64,000 nucleotides of DNA. It comes from an uncultured candidate division Zixibacteria bacterium (GTDB taxonomy: Bacteria > Zixibacteria > MSB-5A5 > UBA10806). Each line of letters opens with the position of its first letter. Positions within the stretch are counted from its first letter, which is position 1. The notes under the pieces are model-generated. The model did no database searches and had not been told where the DNA came from. It worked only from the letters and a program-made list of their open reading frames with translations. A program made the position numbers and the translations under genes. The stretch is from positions 32,001 to 96,000 of the forward strand of contig CAWFQL010000003.1 in the NCBI GenBank assembly GCA_963817915.1, given 5' to 3'. Below, piece after piece: positions 32,224 through 41,909 of the stretch.

Positions 32224-34785
32224 TTATGGTTGCTTGGGAGTGAGCAGAAAATTCAGATTTTCCAATGCCGCATTGGTTTCCGATGGGGTTATTTCCATCT
32301 CGATAAACCCCGGCTCGGAAATATACCCAAATTTTATCAGCTGTTCGGAGTTTATATAAATTTTGTATTTTCCCGGTACCAGCCCCTGATAGTAATACTC
32401 GCCATTGCTGAATGCTGTCACCTCGCTGACAGCTTCTGTGGCCGTATTCATTATCTCCACCTTGAATCCGCCGACTCCAGTCTTGCCCTGGGCTGCTTCC
32501 TTTTCTATAAATCCGCTGATATCGCTGACCACCACGAGCGGAACCTCGACCCCGGTAACAATATTGGGATCGCATAATATCTTATAATTCTCATGCGCCG
32601 GCTTCAGGCTGGGGTTATCGATACTATTTAAATCTATTTGTACCAAATAATAATCGTATGGCCTCAGGCCTTCATAGTAATACACCTTACCCGATGACGC
32701 GGCCTTTTCTCTGCCGCTAACTATTTTTGCTTTGATACCTGAAATAATTTCTTCGTTTTTGTCCCTGACTCCGTCGAAATCATCATCGCGGAAGGGCTTT
32801 ATTAACGCCGACCCGAATCCAACGCCGTTTCTACGGTCGAATCTAATCGCTCCGCCTTCGCTGTCATACCGAACCGAACCTTTCTGCACCTGGCTCATCG
32901 ATGTTGTACTGCCCGTAGAAAGAACTCTCGATGTAAAATTAGCGAATCCCGTAAAAAGATTGAAGGTCAACATATAGAGATTAGACTTGGAGCTCTCGTT
33001 CCGTTCAAATGATAACGACAGCTGGCCTGTCCGAAAAACCCTTCGACCCATTACGATACCATAGCTTGCCATTCTATTCTGCATATGATCGAATACAAAC
33101 TTGAATTTCGGCTGTACCCACGGGATTAACGAAGTGGAAAGCAAGGCCTGACTGGTCAAATCCTGCGAAGAGCGATTGGGGAATATCGATATCTTATATC
33201 TACCCGAATAACTGAACTGAAATCTATTAAACGAAAGATTGAATCCGTAATTCATATTGATATTATCGAGATTGCGGAATTTATCCCAATTGACATTATA
33301 TCGAAATCCCAAATATCGCCCGCCTATTTTCAATGGCGCCGAGAATGCCATTTGAACACTATGCTGCTGCCCAAATCTGTTTTGGAATTTACTTTCATAA
33401 TATTTCGTATATCCCGCGCTGATATTTAAAATCGAAAGCTTGCTGTAGTTAAGCGCCAGGCCGGCAGATTTATTGGGAGCAAAAGATCCGTTAACCGTGA
33501 GATTGCCTCCCATCTGGTAGGTGGCGTCAGTCCCGAATGATGGCTTTTCATTGTTTCGCGATTCGATCGGCAGATCGGAGCTGACCCCCAATGTCAATTT
33601 ATCGCTTATGCCGTAATATGAAGTAGCCTGAGCGTATTTGCTGTTTTCATCCGGAATTGTAGCTGTGCCCGCGGCTACGGAGTATTCGAAATTATTCTTT
33701 GGGACCAGATTATACGGAATTCTGATATATTTTTCCTCCGTTCGTATTTCGCCATTGGGGCCGTACATTTTGAGGGATATTACCGATGCCCCATAGTAAA
33801 TATCCACATTGAAATTGTAATCGCCATTATGATCAGTCGCCTGAAAATCTGTGAGCTTCTGGTCGATATACAATTCGACTTCCCAGCCTTCGCCCAGATG
33901 ATCCGCGAGATTTAATGTCTGAAAATATTTTCTCTCGACCTGAGGTTTATTGGTAATCATTCCGCCTTTCAGACCCCTTGAGAAAAGCCCGCTGGTATTG
34001 ATATTTCCAAGGTCCGCCTGAGTCAGATAATGATTATCATTGAAAAAGTAATGCCATTTATAAATCATCTGATTGGATTGAATACCCGTGACACTATTGC
34101 CGCCGCCGGTCACGCTGATATCTCCACCGAGAACAATGCCGCCGGCGTTGAAATCAAAATATTGTCCTCCGCCTCCCAAGGGGCTTGCCGATACCGCCCA
34201 ATCTACAACTCCGCCATTAAAAATATCCCGTTTTCGGGGAATTACCTTAACATCCCGCGGCGCCGCGGCCTTGGCCTGAATGCTTTCGTGCTCTAATTTT
34301 CGTTTTAATTTTTGGTACGATGGAAATTCCTTGTTCAATGGGAGATAAACCCGCAAAGCTGAAAATTTGAAATCCATCTTCAAGCCGAAATACTCGTCAA
34401 ATAGATCAATCCTCAGATAAAGATCCCGTGAATTCAAATAATAGTCCCATATTCTCAACGGTTTTATCTTGCCGGCGATTTTGGCTTCGGAATTAATCAG
34501 GTCAAGTTGATAACGCTGATTTGTATTGATGATATAACCCGCGTATCTCAATTTTAGCGAATCATATTCGATATGCAGATCGAGAAGCCCGAATATTTCA
34601 TTCAACGGCAGATAGACCGTAGAGCCGTCATACTGGACAAATAAGTCAGTCCTGATAAGTTGGGGAACATCGAAACCGACAACGATCTCTTCATATGTTT
34701 TCTCCTGCGCCAACACCAAAGGCGCGGAGAAAAAAAACGATATCAGAACGACCAAGACTAAGTTTCGGTTAATCATTGCAATCAT
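32224..34785 (-). CDS. Putative outer-membrane usher-like protein with C-terminal Cna-B/carboxypeptidase-like domains
   Basis: Signal peptide; plug-like GWEVELYIDQKL...NGDYNF..IYYG..LKMYGPNGE; beta-strand-rich barrel region; FRDDDFDGVRDKNE; adjacent to the chaperone and pilins. Confidence 0.65.
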   Translation of the reverse strand: MIAMINRNLVLVVLISFFFSAPLVLAQEKTYEEIVVGFDVPQLIRTDLFVQYDGSTVYLPLNEIFGLLDLHIEYDSLKLRYAGYIINTNQRYQLDLINSEAKIAGKIKPLRIWDYYLNSRDLYLRIDLFDEYFGLKMDFKFSALRVYLPLNKEFPSYQKLKRKLEHESIQAKAAAPRDVKVIPRKRDIFNGGVVDWAVSASPLGGGGQYFDFNAGGIVLGGDISVTGGGNSVTGIQSNQMIYKWHYFFNDNHYLTQADLGNINTSGLFSRGLKGGMITNKPQVERKYFQTLNLADHLGEGWEVELYIDQKLTDFQATDHNGDYNFNVDIYYGASVISLKMYGPNGEIRTEEKYIRIPYNLVPKNNFEYSVAAGTATIPDENSKYAQATSYYGISDKLTLGVSSDLPIESRNNEKPSFGTDATYQMGGNLTVNGSFAPNKSAGLALNYSKLSILNISAGYTKYYESKFQNRFGQQHSVQMAFSAPLKIGGRYLGFRYNVNWDKFRNLDNINMNYGFNLSFNRFQFSYSGRYKISIFPNRSSQDLTSQALLSTSLIPWVQPKFKFVFDHMQNRMASYGIVMGRRVFRTGQLSLSFERNESSKSNLYMLTFNLFTGFANFTSRVLSTGSTTSMSQVQKGSVRYDSEGGAIRFDRRNGVGFGSALIKPFRDDDFDGVRDKNEEIISGIKAKIVSGREKAASSGKVYYYEGLRPYDYYLVQIDLNSIDNPSLKPAHENYKILCDPNIVTGVEVPLVVVSDISGFIEKEAAQGKTGVGGFKVEIMNTATEAVSEVTAFSNGEYYYQGLVPGKYKIYINSEQLIKFGYISEPGFIEMEITPSETNAALENLNFLLTPKQP

Positions 34786-34824
34786 AACGCTCTTAATAGA
34801 ATTGCTATTTCCCCCAAAAATAAA

Positions 34825-35691
34825 TTATTCGACTCGGGCAATCACCGAAATTTTATTTCCCGTAACCATATCTTCCGCGGCAATATCCGTGCGGCCTTCG
34901 GTCCCGATCGTAATCTCAACTCGATATGGAATCGATTTTTTGTCAAAAGCTATCGGGATAACTCTTCTCAGCTTCCGATATACAGCCAGATCTACCTGAT
35001 TGCTGCCCATCTCATTATTGTCCGAATCGAATAATCGTATTTTGAGGACTCCGATATAGGAAACATTGCCTCTGTTGAGCATATCGGTTGTCACCCATAC
35101 TTTGCCGTTCGCAAGCTGGGCTAAGGCCTTGACAAGTTGAATTTCCGAATTGAGATTTCCTTTTCGATATTTGAGCATAATCGCCGTCTGGGTGACCAGG
35201 CTAAGCTTCGTTGAAATCTGCCCGTTTTCATTTGCGGCGGGCTCTCCGGATTTGGCTTCTTGTGAACGAATAACAATTCTTGCCCAGTATTCGCCTTCAG
35301 TCAAATCCGAAGGAGGGGTTGCTATGATCCTGATGACCTGCGAACCGCTGGGGGGCAGCACGATCTTTCTTGGGAACGCTTTTACCCATCCCATTGCTGA
35401 ACGCTCGTCGGTAACATTGGAATCCTGCAATGTCATAGTGACATTGCCGAGACTATCGGATTCCGGCAGCCCAAAACCGAAAAAGATCGTCACCTCTGCC
35501 GCGGTGGCCGATGGGTTCTGCAATGTCAAACGACCCGTGCGGCTTTTCTCGGACAAAATTACGACTGTCGGCGCAACCAGCACTCCGGCCATCAAATTGA
35601 CAGCCAACGATAGTTCAATAATCAAAATGCTTATAAAGACAAATCTTTTGCCGCCGCGCTTGAGCTCGCCGCTTGTTTTCATTTTTCTCAT
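34825..35691 (-). CDS. Putative periplasmic pilus chaperone (PapD-like Ig fold)
   Basis: VLVAPTVVIL...LTLQNPS; FPRKIVLPPSGSQVIRI..PP....GEYWARI; NRGNV in the second domain. Confidence 0.7.
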   Translation of the reverse strand: MRKMKTSGELKRGGKRFVFISILIIELSLAVNLMAGVLVAPTVVILSEKSRTGRLTLQNPSATAAEVTIFFGFGLPESDSLGNVTMTLQDSNVTDERSAMGWVKAFPRKIVLPPSGSQVIRIIATPPSDLTEGEYWARIVIRSQEAKSGEPAANENGQISTKLSLVTQTAIMLKYRKGNLNSEIQLVKALAQLANGKVWVTTDMLNRGNVSYIGVLKIRLFDSDNNEMGSNQVDLAVYRKLRRVIPIAFDKKSIPYRVEITIGTEGRTDIAAEDMVTGNKISVIARVE

Positions 35692-35739
35692 TTTATCGCT
35701 CCGTTATTTCGCTATGAATTAGCCGATTATTATCAAATC

Positions 35740-36342
35740 CTAAAGACCATTGTATGAGACTATAAGCACGATATTGCCGGAGTAACTTCCAGCCTTCTGA
35801 TTAGCGGATGGAATCACCTTGCCTCCGAGATATACCTTCGTATTGCTGCCGGTGCTTCCGATTACCGCTCCAGCCGGTAGATTGAATGGATTCTGATCGA
35901 TCCAGCCATCGGCACCTATCATCGTCGAAGGCGTCGCGGTATTCGATGTATCCACCGCCGCGCTTGTGATCCCGAATGCTATCGTCATTCGATCCGACCC
36001 GTCGGCCAACGATAGATATTCGGGCAGTACCAGTTGCAAATTCACTCCCGATCCCGCCTGGCCAGCTACAGTGAAAATAGCCGTGGAATCGTCATCATTT
36101 CTGCCGACAGTTTTGGGAATTCCCTGGAATATATTGCCAAAATCCAATGCCTGTGTCGCCGTTACCGTAAGAGCCGCCTGCACTGTCGCGGTGGCCTGCC
36201 CAGTCGCCACATCCTGAGCTAAAGCGGCCACTGTGCTCACTAATATCGAAGCCAGAACAAATGCAAATAACCCTGCTAATCGCTGTTTTCGATTAACGCC
36301 AATAACTGATAAATTTTTCATAGATCTTTTCACTGCTTTCAC
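35740..36342 (-). CDS. DUF4402-like pilin subunit 5
   Basis: Signal peptide + QDVATGQATATV..LTVTATQALDFG...YLGGKV.P...Q.AGSYSGNIVLIVSYN. Confidence 0.7.
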   Translation of the reverse strand: MKAVKRSMKNLSVIGVNRKQRLAGLFAFVLASILVSTVAALAQDVATGQATATVQAALTVTATQALDFGNIFQGIPKTVGRNDDDSTAIFTVAGQAGSGVNLQLVLPEYLSLADGSDRMTIAFGITSAAVDTSNTATPSTMIGADGWIDQNPFNLPAGAVIGSTGSNTKVYLGGKVIPSANQKAGSYSGNIVLIVSYNGL

Positions 36343-36353
36343 ATTCCCAATTC

Positions 36354-36914
36354 TTAGCTGCCGTTGTATGAGATAGTCATGACTATATCGCCCGAATAAT
36401 TTCCAGCCTTTTGATTAATCGATGGATTTACTTTTCCTCCCAGATAGATATTGGTGCCCGCGGAGCCGATAACAGTGCCTGCCGGAGGGGCATAAGGGTT
36501 GGTATTTTGCCAGCCACGCGAGGCATTCATGGTTGTCGGATCCGCCGCGCCGGTCGTATCGATAGAGACGTCGGTTGCTCTGAAAGCAATTGGAAGCCTA
36601 TCGCTGCCATCGGAGAGCGCCAGATATTCCGGAAGCTGTATAAGAATCTCAATACCCGATCCGCTTTGTCCCGTGATAGTAAAAATCGCCGCGTTGGCAG
36701 TATTGTTTGCAATTGACTTAGGGATACCCTGGAAAACTTCGCCGAAATTCAATGCGCCGACCGCTGTTACCACGATATTCGATAAGACTGTAGCGTTGGC
36801 GTTACCGACCGCTATTTCCTGTGAGTTGGCTGTTTTAATTGAAATGAACAACCCCAAAATCAGTACAATTTGTACGAGCGAAACCTGAGTAAATCCGGCG
36901 ATTTTTTTAAACAT
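36354..36914 (-). CDS. DUF4402-like pilin subunit 4
   Basis: QEIAVGNANATV...LNFG...YLGGKV...AGNYSGDIVMTISYN. Confidence 0.7.
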   Translation of the reverse strand: MFKKIAGFTQVSLVQIVLILGLFISIKTANSQEIAVGNANATVLSNIVVTAVGALNFGEVFQGIPKSIANNTANAAIFTITGQSGSGIEILIQLPEYLALSDGSDRLPIAFRATDVSIDTTGAADPTTMNASRGWQNTNPYAPPAGTVIGSAGTNIYLGGKVNPSINQKAGNYSGDIVMTISYNGS

Positions 36915-36964
36915 CTCTTTAAAGCCAAAAACCTGTTAATAAATGAAACACTAAACCCTATCTT

Positions 36965-36991
36965 TTTATCGTCATCCTGTGCAAAAAATTA
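36965..36991 (-). promoter_or_regulatory. sigma28-like promoter
   Basis: Minus strand TTAA-N15-GACGATAA (consensus TAAA-N15-GCCGATAA). Confidence 0.5.
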
Positions 36992-37052
36992 ACAATCGGG
37001 GAAGTATTTTGGGGTAATTGTGAAAATAGGAAGACGCATAAAAAACCAAATA

Positions 37053-37086
37053 AAAAAAGAGAGGGAATTCAATTTCCCCTCTCTCT
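37053..37086 (-). terminator. Intrinsic terminator after pilin 3
   Basis: Minus strand agagaggggaaattgaattccctctc-ttttttt. Confidence 0.7.
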
Positions 37087-37103
37087 AATCTTTAATCTGT
37101 ATT

Positions 37104-37673
37104 CTACTGATTATTGTAAGCGACCATAAGGACTATTTCCGCGCCGTATGTGCCCGCGGTCTGATTGGTCGATGGCCATACTCTGCCGCCGAGATACACA
37201 TGGGTACCCGCTGGACCGATGACGGAAGAAGCCGCCGGAATAGCATATGGATTTTGGTCAACAAATCCATCGCCAGCCACCATCGCTTCAGGTGTTGCCG
37301 GGGTGAGTGTATCGACTGCGGCGTCGGTAGCCGTAAATGAAATCGGCATACGGTCATGACCATTAGCGAGAACAATGTATTCCGGAAGAATAAATTGAAG
37401 ATTGATACCTGCCTGCTGTCCGGCGATATCAAATATAGCCGCGGAATCAGCGCCAGCGCCCGATGACGGAATGCTTTTGGGGACACCCTGCCACAATGTT
37501 CCAAAGTCCAATGGAGCTGTTGCTGTAACCACTATCAATGGAACTACTGTTCCTGTTGCTGTTCCGGTGGCAACATCCTGAGCGAATGTTACACCGGATG
37601 AAATCGCCAGTATTAATCCAACAAGGATTAATATCATCCCTGATTTCCGGAAACTTTCTTGTCTCAATTTCAT
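37104..37673 (-). CDS. DUF4402-like pilin subunit 3 (candidate major pilin)
   Basis: QDVATGTATGTV...LDFG...AGTYGAEIVLMVAYN; strong RBS AGGAGG; own promoter and terminator. Confidence 0.7.
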   Translation of the reverse strand: MKLRQESFRKSGMILILVGLILAISSGVTFAQDVATGTATGTVVPLIVVTATAPLDFGTLWQGVPKSIPSSGAGADSAAIFDIAGQQAGINLQFILPEYIVLANGHDRMPISFTATDAAVDTLTPATPEAMVAGDGFVDQNPYAIPAASSVIGPAGTHVYLGGRVWPSTNQTAGTYGAEIVLMVAYNNQ

Positions 37674-37743
37674 CTCATCCTCCTGATGTATTTGTTTTTC
37701 ATAATCATCATTCTTTAGTTTTTTTTGAAATTCCTATAGAGAC

Positions 37744-37770
37744 AAATCGGCTATAAAGTTGCAGTTTTTA
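37744..37770 (-). promoter_or_regulatory. sigma28-like promoter
   Basis: Minus strand TAAA-aactgcaactttata(15)-GCCGATTT. Confidence 0.6.
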
Positions 37771-37846
37771 TCAGAAGGGGATGAATTTTGATTTATTTAC
37801 AAATAATATGATTCAGATGTGAACAGTCACGAACCCCGAATATTGG

Positions 37847-38383
37847 TCAATTACCGGTATAGGTTACTGTTAATACTATCAATGCTGAATAGTCCCCGGG
37901 TTTTTGGGCCAGCCCGGGCACAACTGTCCCCCCCAGCCAAAGGCTAAGTCCATTAGCGCCAAGCCGATAGATTATCGTATGCCAGGGATCGATATTGTTA
38001 ACCGGAGGATTCGATTGATTGGGGGTAGAACTCGAATCCAGCGCGCAATCGGTGGAAGAAAAAATCAACTGCATATTGCCGCCGGTCGTATGGAGATACG
38101 TAGGTAATGCGAAATCCAACGTTATCTCAGCATTGGGGGTGCCGGTAATAAAAAATTCGGCAGCGTCTCCCGCCGATGTCTTGCTGATAGCCTTGGGTAC
38201 GCCGGGAAATACCGGGCCGAAAACGAGATTGTTATTTATCGTTATTGTCTGCGCGTAAGAAATATCGGATGAACACAGAACAATAATCGCCAGGGCCGGA
38301 AACACCCAAAAGCCTTTGGATAATTGCCCCGCTTCAAATCTGATTTTGTCTCTCATCGCGTGTATTAATATTTTAAAAATCAC
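37847..38383 (-). CDS. DUF4402-like pilin subunit 2, lacking the N-terminal donor-strand-like segment
   Basis: Mature QTITINNNLVFG...WLGGTV...PGDYSALIVLTVTYTGN. Confidence 0.65.
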   Translation of the reverse strand: MIFKILIHAMRDKIRFEAGQLSKGFWVFPALAIIVLCSSDISYAQTITINNNLVFGPVFPGVPKAISKTSAGDAAEFFITGTPNAEITLDFALPTYLHTTGGNMQLIFSSTDCALDSSSTPNQSNPPVNNIDPWHTIIYRLGANGLSLWLGGTVVPGLAQKPGDYSALIVLTVTYTGN

Positions 38384-38441
38384 GCGTTGTCAAAGCATTA
38401 GGCGCCAATTCGGCGAAATCATTTCTGCCGGCTCAGTCTTT

Positions 38442-38978
38442 CTAATTGCCGGTATAAGTGACTGTCAAAATAATATCTCCCCGGTAACTGCCGCTTGTCT
38501 GCGAACGTCTCGGAAAAACAGTGCCGCCAATCCACACGGCCATGGTGCCGTCAGTCCCAAGATTTCTGACATTGATGCCGTGGGGATTGAGAATTCCCGC
38601 CGGAGTTAGCTGGCCGAGCCCGAGGCCATTTTCATAAGACGCATCGATGCTGTTAAAACCGATTCGCATGGCCGAAATGCCCCCGACCAGGTAGATTGAA
38701 TCAGGCAATGAAAAATCGAGTATAATTTCAGCCGCTGAACTGCCTGTTATCTGCCATTCGCCCGCGTAACCGATTGTGGTCTTATTGATCGTCTTATTAA
38801 CGCCGGGCATGACATACTCGAAATTCAGATTATTGGTGCCGATTACTGACATGCTCGGTAATACTACCGCTATCGCCTGTACGCTGGCGGTCTCCTGGGC
38901 ACTTGTAATCATTGGAGACACTACCGCTACCAGGCAGATCATGCCAACAAGCCATGATGACCAGTTTCTGCAAGACAT
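38442..38978 (-). CDS. DUF4402-like pilin subunit 1
   Basis: QETASVQAIAVV...LNF...WIGGTV...SGSYRGDIILTVTYTGN; RBS AAGGAGG. Confidence 0.7.
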   Translation of the reverse strand: MSCRNWSSWLVGMICLVAVVSPMITSAQETASVQAIAVVLPSMSVIGTNNLNFEYVMPGVNKTINKTTIGYAGEWQITGSSAAEIILDFSLPDSIYLVGGISAMRIGFNSIDASYENGLGLGQLTPAGILNPHGINVRNLGTDGTMAVWIGGTVFPRRSQTSGSYRGDIILTVTYTGN

Positions 38979-39028
38979 AAACCCCTCCTTGCTTAAGCCT
39001 ATGAAGTTTTCGTTTCACATAGGGAAAA

Positions 39029-39044
39029 AGCAAGAAGGATGCCA
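39029..39044 (-). promoter_or_regulatory. sigma54 -24/-12 promoter candidate
   Basis: Minus strand TGGCATCCTTCTTGCT, 50 bp upstream of pilin 1. Confidence 0.55.
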
Positions 39045-39151
39045 GACGTTATGCCTGCATATCTTTAAGTTGTTTAACGGGTTACGGGCGGCTGTTCGAA
39101 GGTGCTTTAGGCCAAGTATGGGGTTATCCCCATACCTCTATAACTTAACCC

Positions 39152-40309
39152 TCAATCGAAACTTAGCTTGATATTTACTATCTCAGGACGATTACCAATT
39201 CTGACCGGCGGGCCCCAGGTGCCTACTCCGCACGACACATAGAAATTCGTACTTCCCTTGAGCCAGTAGCCCCAGCTGATTTCGTAAACTTTTTCGGTGA
39301 TATAGTTCAATGGCCAAATCTGCCCGTGATGAGTATGGCCGGATATCTGAAGATCAACACCATTATCCGATACTTCCTGCAAATTAAACGGCTGATGATC
39401 AAGCATGATTATCGGATAATTTTTGTCAACCTGATCCATAAGCTCTTGAATCTTTTTTCGTTGGATTCCGGAAAATCCCCCCTTGGAACGATCCTCTCTG
39501 CCCACGAGATAGAAAAGATTATCTACCATCGCCACGCTATCCCGAAGCATAGTAATGCCATGATCCGAAAGATACTTGCAGGCTTTTTCAGCGCCTCCAA
39601 TATACTCATGATTGCCAGTTATGGCATAAACTCCAAGCGGCGCTTTGATCTGCTTCAATGCCTCTCCGATATTCTCCCTGATAACCGGCCCCAGGTCCTC
39701 ATCGACAATATCACCGGGCAGAAAAACTATATCGGGCTTGAGATCATTGATCATTTTTATATAGCGATCGACTCTCTTCTTGCCAATAATCGCCCCGATA
39801 TGAATATCCGACGCGCTGACTATATTCAATGTCCTTGGCCCATCGACCTTCTTGGCGATATGCAAAGTTAGAGTCTTTACCCTCGGGAATGTGGCATTCA
39901 GATGGCCAATTGCCAGCAGCAGTGTTACCAGCGATAACGCGCCGATTGCGATGACCAATTTTGTTTTAGCATAATCCGCCTTTATGACCGACGGATAATA
40001 CGGGACAAAATGATTCACAAGCCGGGCCAAATCGAGAAGAACTACAGTCAAAAAGAAATACAGCAACGCCGCCAGCCAGAATGACCCGATCCAAACAAAA
40101 ATATCGCTGACAGGGGAAAGCCACACTCGTTCGAGAACTCTACCCCCGATAAATGACAATGAGACTATGAGAAACAAAACAATATAGTATGGCTTCAATG
40201 TCGAACCGTTCGGCAACGCCTGCCATCCACGGATAAAAATATAAAAATTAATCAGCCCATAGAGCGCAAAAAAAATCGTGAAGAATACAATTATAGCCGA
40301 TATTTTCAT
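39152..40309 (-). CDS. Membrane-anchored metallophosphoesterase (YkuE/YaeI-like)
   Basis: SDIH, GDIVD, GNHE, HQP, SGHTHHGQ. Confidence 0.9.
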   Translation of the reverse strand: MKISAIIVFFTIFFALYGLINFYIFIRGWQALPNGSTLKPYYIVLFLIVSLSFIGGRVLERVWLSPVSDIFVWIGSFWLAALLYFFLTVVLLDLARLVNHFVPYYPSVIKADYAKTKLVIAIGALSLVTLLLAIGHLNATFPRVKTLTLHIAKKVDGPRTLNIVSASDIHIGAIIGKKRVDRYIKMINDLKPDIVFLPGDIVDEDLGPVIRENIGEALKQIKAPLGVYAITGNHEYIGGAEKACKYLSDHGITMLRDSVAMVDNLFYLVGREDRSKGGFSGIQRKKIQELMDQVDKNYPIIMLDHQPFNLQEVSDNGVDLQISGHTHHGQIWPLNYITEKVYEISWGYWLKGSTNFYVSCGVGTWGPPVRIGNRPEIVNIKLSFD

Positions 40310-40570
40310 TTTAGTTATTCCGTTTCCACTTCATCTTTCCATTTATTACTTTCACACCTAAATACCAAATAACCCATATACGTAATTTAGTTGCAATGGT
40401 TCATAATGTCTAATCTTATAAAGACGTTTTGTGGCATGCTTGCGTGAAATGCTAACTATCCCGTTGTGCCAGATCGTAGTCCGCCATAGACGAACGTGAT
40501 CTGGCACCTAAGAAGCCTGTTTTCCCTGAAAAGGCTTGCTTAATCAGCGTCAAGATGATTAAAATCAAAT

Positions 40571-41083
40571 GTGGATAGGACTATTAGAAACGACAAGAAA
40601 CATCCGAAAAGATCAACAGTCTTTCTCGGGATAATCGGCCAGAAGAAAAGCGGCAAGACGACTCTGGTCGAAAAGCTCGCCTCCGAATTCAAATCACGAG
40701 GTCTGACAGTCGGGACAGTCAAATATTCCTCGCACGATTTGGAATTCGATTCCCCCGGCAAGGATACCGAACGCCACAGGCGGGCGGGTTCGTCCATATC
40801 GTTGATAAAGGCCTCGAAAAATTGCGCCATCTTCTCGGAATCCGAATATCTAACCCAGGAAATGATTACCGAAATATTCAAACCCTGCGATATCGTCTTT
40901 ATCGAGGGTGATACCAAATCCGAGAACCCCAAAATCTATGTTTCCGATGGCCAACCCGTGCGGTCCGGCATCGGCGGCGAGATTATCGCATTCTGGGGTG
41001 AAACAGGGCAAAAGGATAAGCCTTGGTTTGTTGATATCAAGTCAATGACAGATTTTATTTGCGATAATCTTTCAATAAAATAA
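40571..41083 (+). CDS. mobB: Molybdopterin-guanine dinucleotide biosynthesis protein B
   Basis: GQKKSGKTT P-loop, DSPGKDTERHRRAG, DIVFIEG. Confidence 0.88.
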   Translation: MDRTIRNDKKHPKRSTVFLGIIGQKKSGKTTLVEKLASEFKSRGLTVGTVKYSSHDLEFDSPGKDTERHRRAGSSISLIKASKNCAIFSESEYLTQEMITEIFKPCDIVFIEGDTKSENPKIYVSDGQPVRSGIGGEIIAFWGETGQKDKPWFVDIKSMTDFICDNLSIK

Positions 41084-41111
41084 TTCTTCATAAATATGTG
41101 GAGGAGCAATA

Positions 41112-41282
41112 ATGGGCAAAGAACCTGAAATATCAGTTGAGCTTACAGTTAATGGCGAAAAGATTGAGATGAACGAATTCGTTCACAAGGTCACCGGCAA
41201 CGTAATCAATGGTATCCTAAAATCACTCCGTCTCGAAAAACCGCCTCAATCCGCTGTGATTACATTAAAATACAAATCTTAG
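41112..41282 (+). CDS. 56-aa protein resembling the C-terminal extension of long MobB proteins
   Basis: RBS GGAGGAG; MGKEPEISVELTVNGEKIEMNEFVHKVTGNVINGILKSLRLEK...; below the ORF-track cutoff. Confidence 0.65.
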   Translation: MGKEPEISVELTVNGEKIEMNEFVHKVTGNVINGILKSLRLEKPPQSAVITLKYKS

Positions 41283-41335
41283 ATCATTTGGCCATGCCTC
41301 AGGATTGGAGGTTTTTTTAGACATCCTGAGGCTTT

Positions 41336-41830
41336 ATTAAAGGTGAGGTCGGGTCGCCTGACCCGACCGACATTGAGTCTCACCTAGTGATGTCGAGTCG
41401 CAGTACCTGACCAGAATCTTCTCCCCGATTTTTGTCGATTATTCTATTTTAATTGAATATTAAAAGTGAGGTCGGGTCGCCTGACCCGACCGACATTGAG
41501 TCTCACCTAGTGATGTCGAGTCGCAGTACCTGACCAGAATCTTCTCCCCGATTTTTGTCGATTATTCTATTTTAATTGAATATTAAAAGTGAGGCCGGGT
41601 CGCCTGACCCGACCGACATTGAGTCTCACTTAGTGTCGTTGAATCGCAGAACCCGACTAGAATCTTCCCCCCCGATTTATGTCGATTTTTCTATTTTAAT
41701 TGAATATTAAAAGTGAGGTCGGGTCGCCTGACCCGACCGACATTGAGTCTCACCTAGTGATGTCGAGTCGCAGTACCTGACCAGAATCTTCTCCCCGATT
41801 TTTGTCGATTATTCTATTTTAATTGAATAT
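41336..41830. repeat. Tandem repeat, 4 x 123-124 bp, each unit with REP gtcgggtcgcctgacccgac
   Basis: Unit starts (gtgagg) at 41343, 41466, 41589 and 41713. Units 1, 2 and 4 are near identical; unit 3 is diverged. Confidence 0.95.
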
Positions 41831-41909
41831 CCCAAATTAATATGCTAATATTGCCGGTCTTATAGAAGGTGGTGGGAAGGGGATTAAATCTTAAAAATAG
41901 GGGCCAGGC

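Noticed and set aside
41336..41830. Possible CRISPR array
   Set aside because: Whole 123-bp units repeat with no unique spacers, and no cas genes are nearby.
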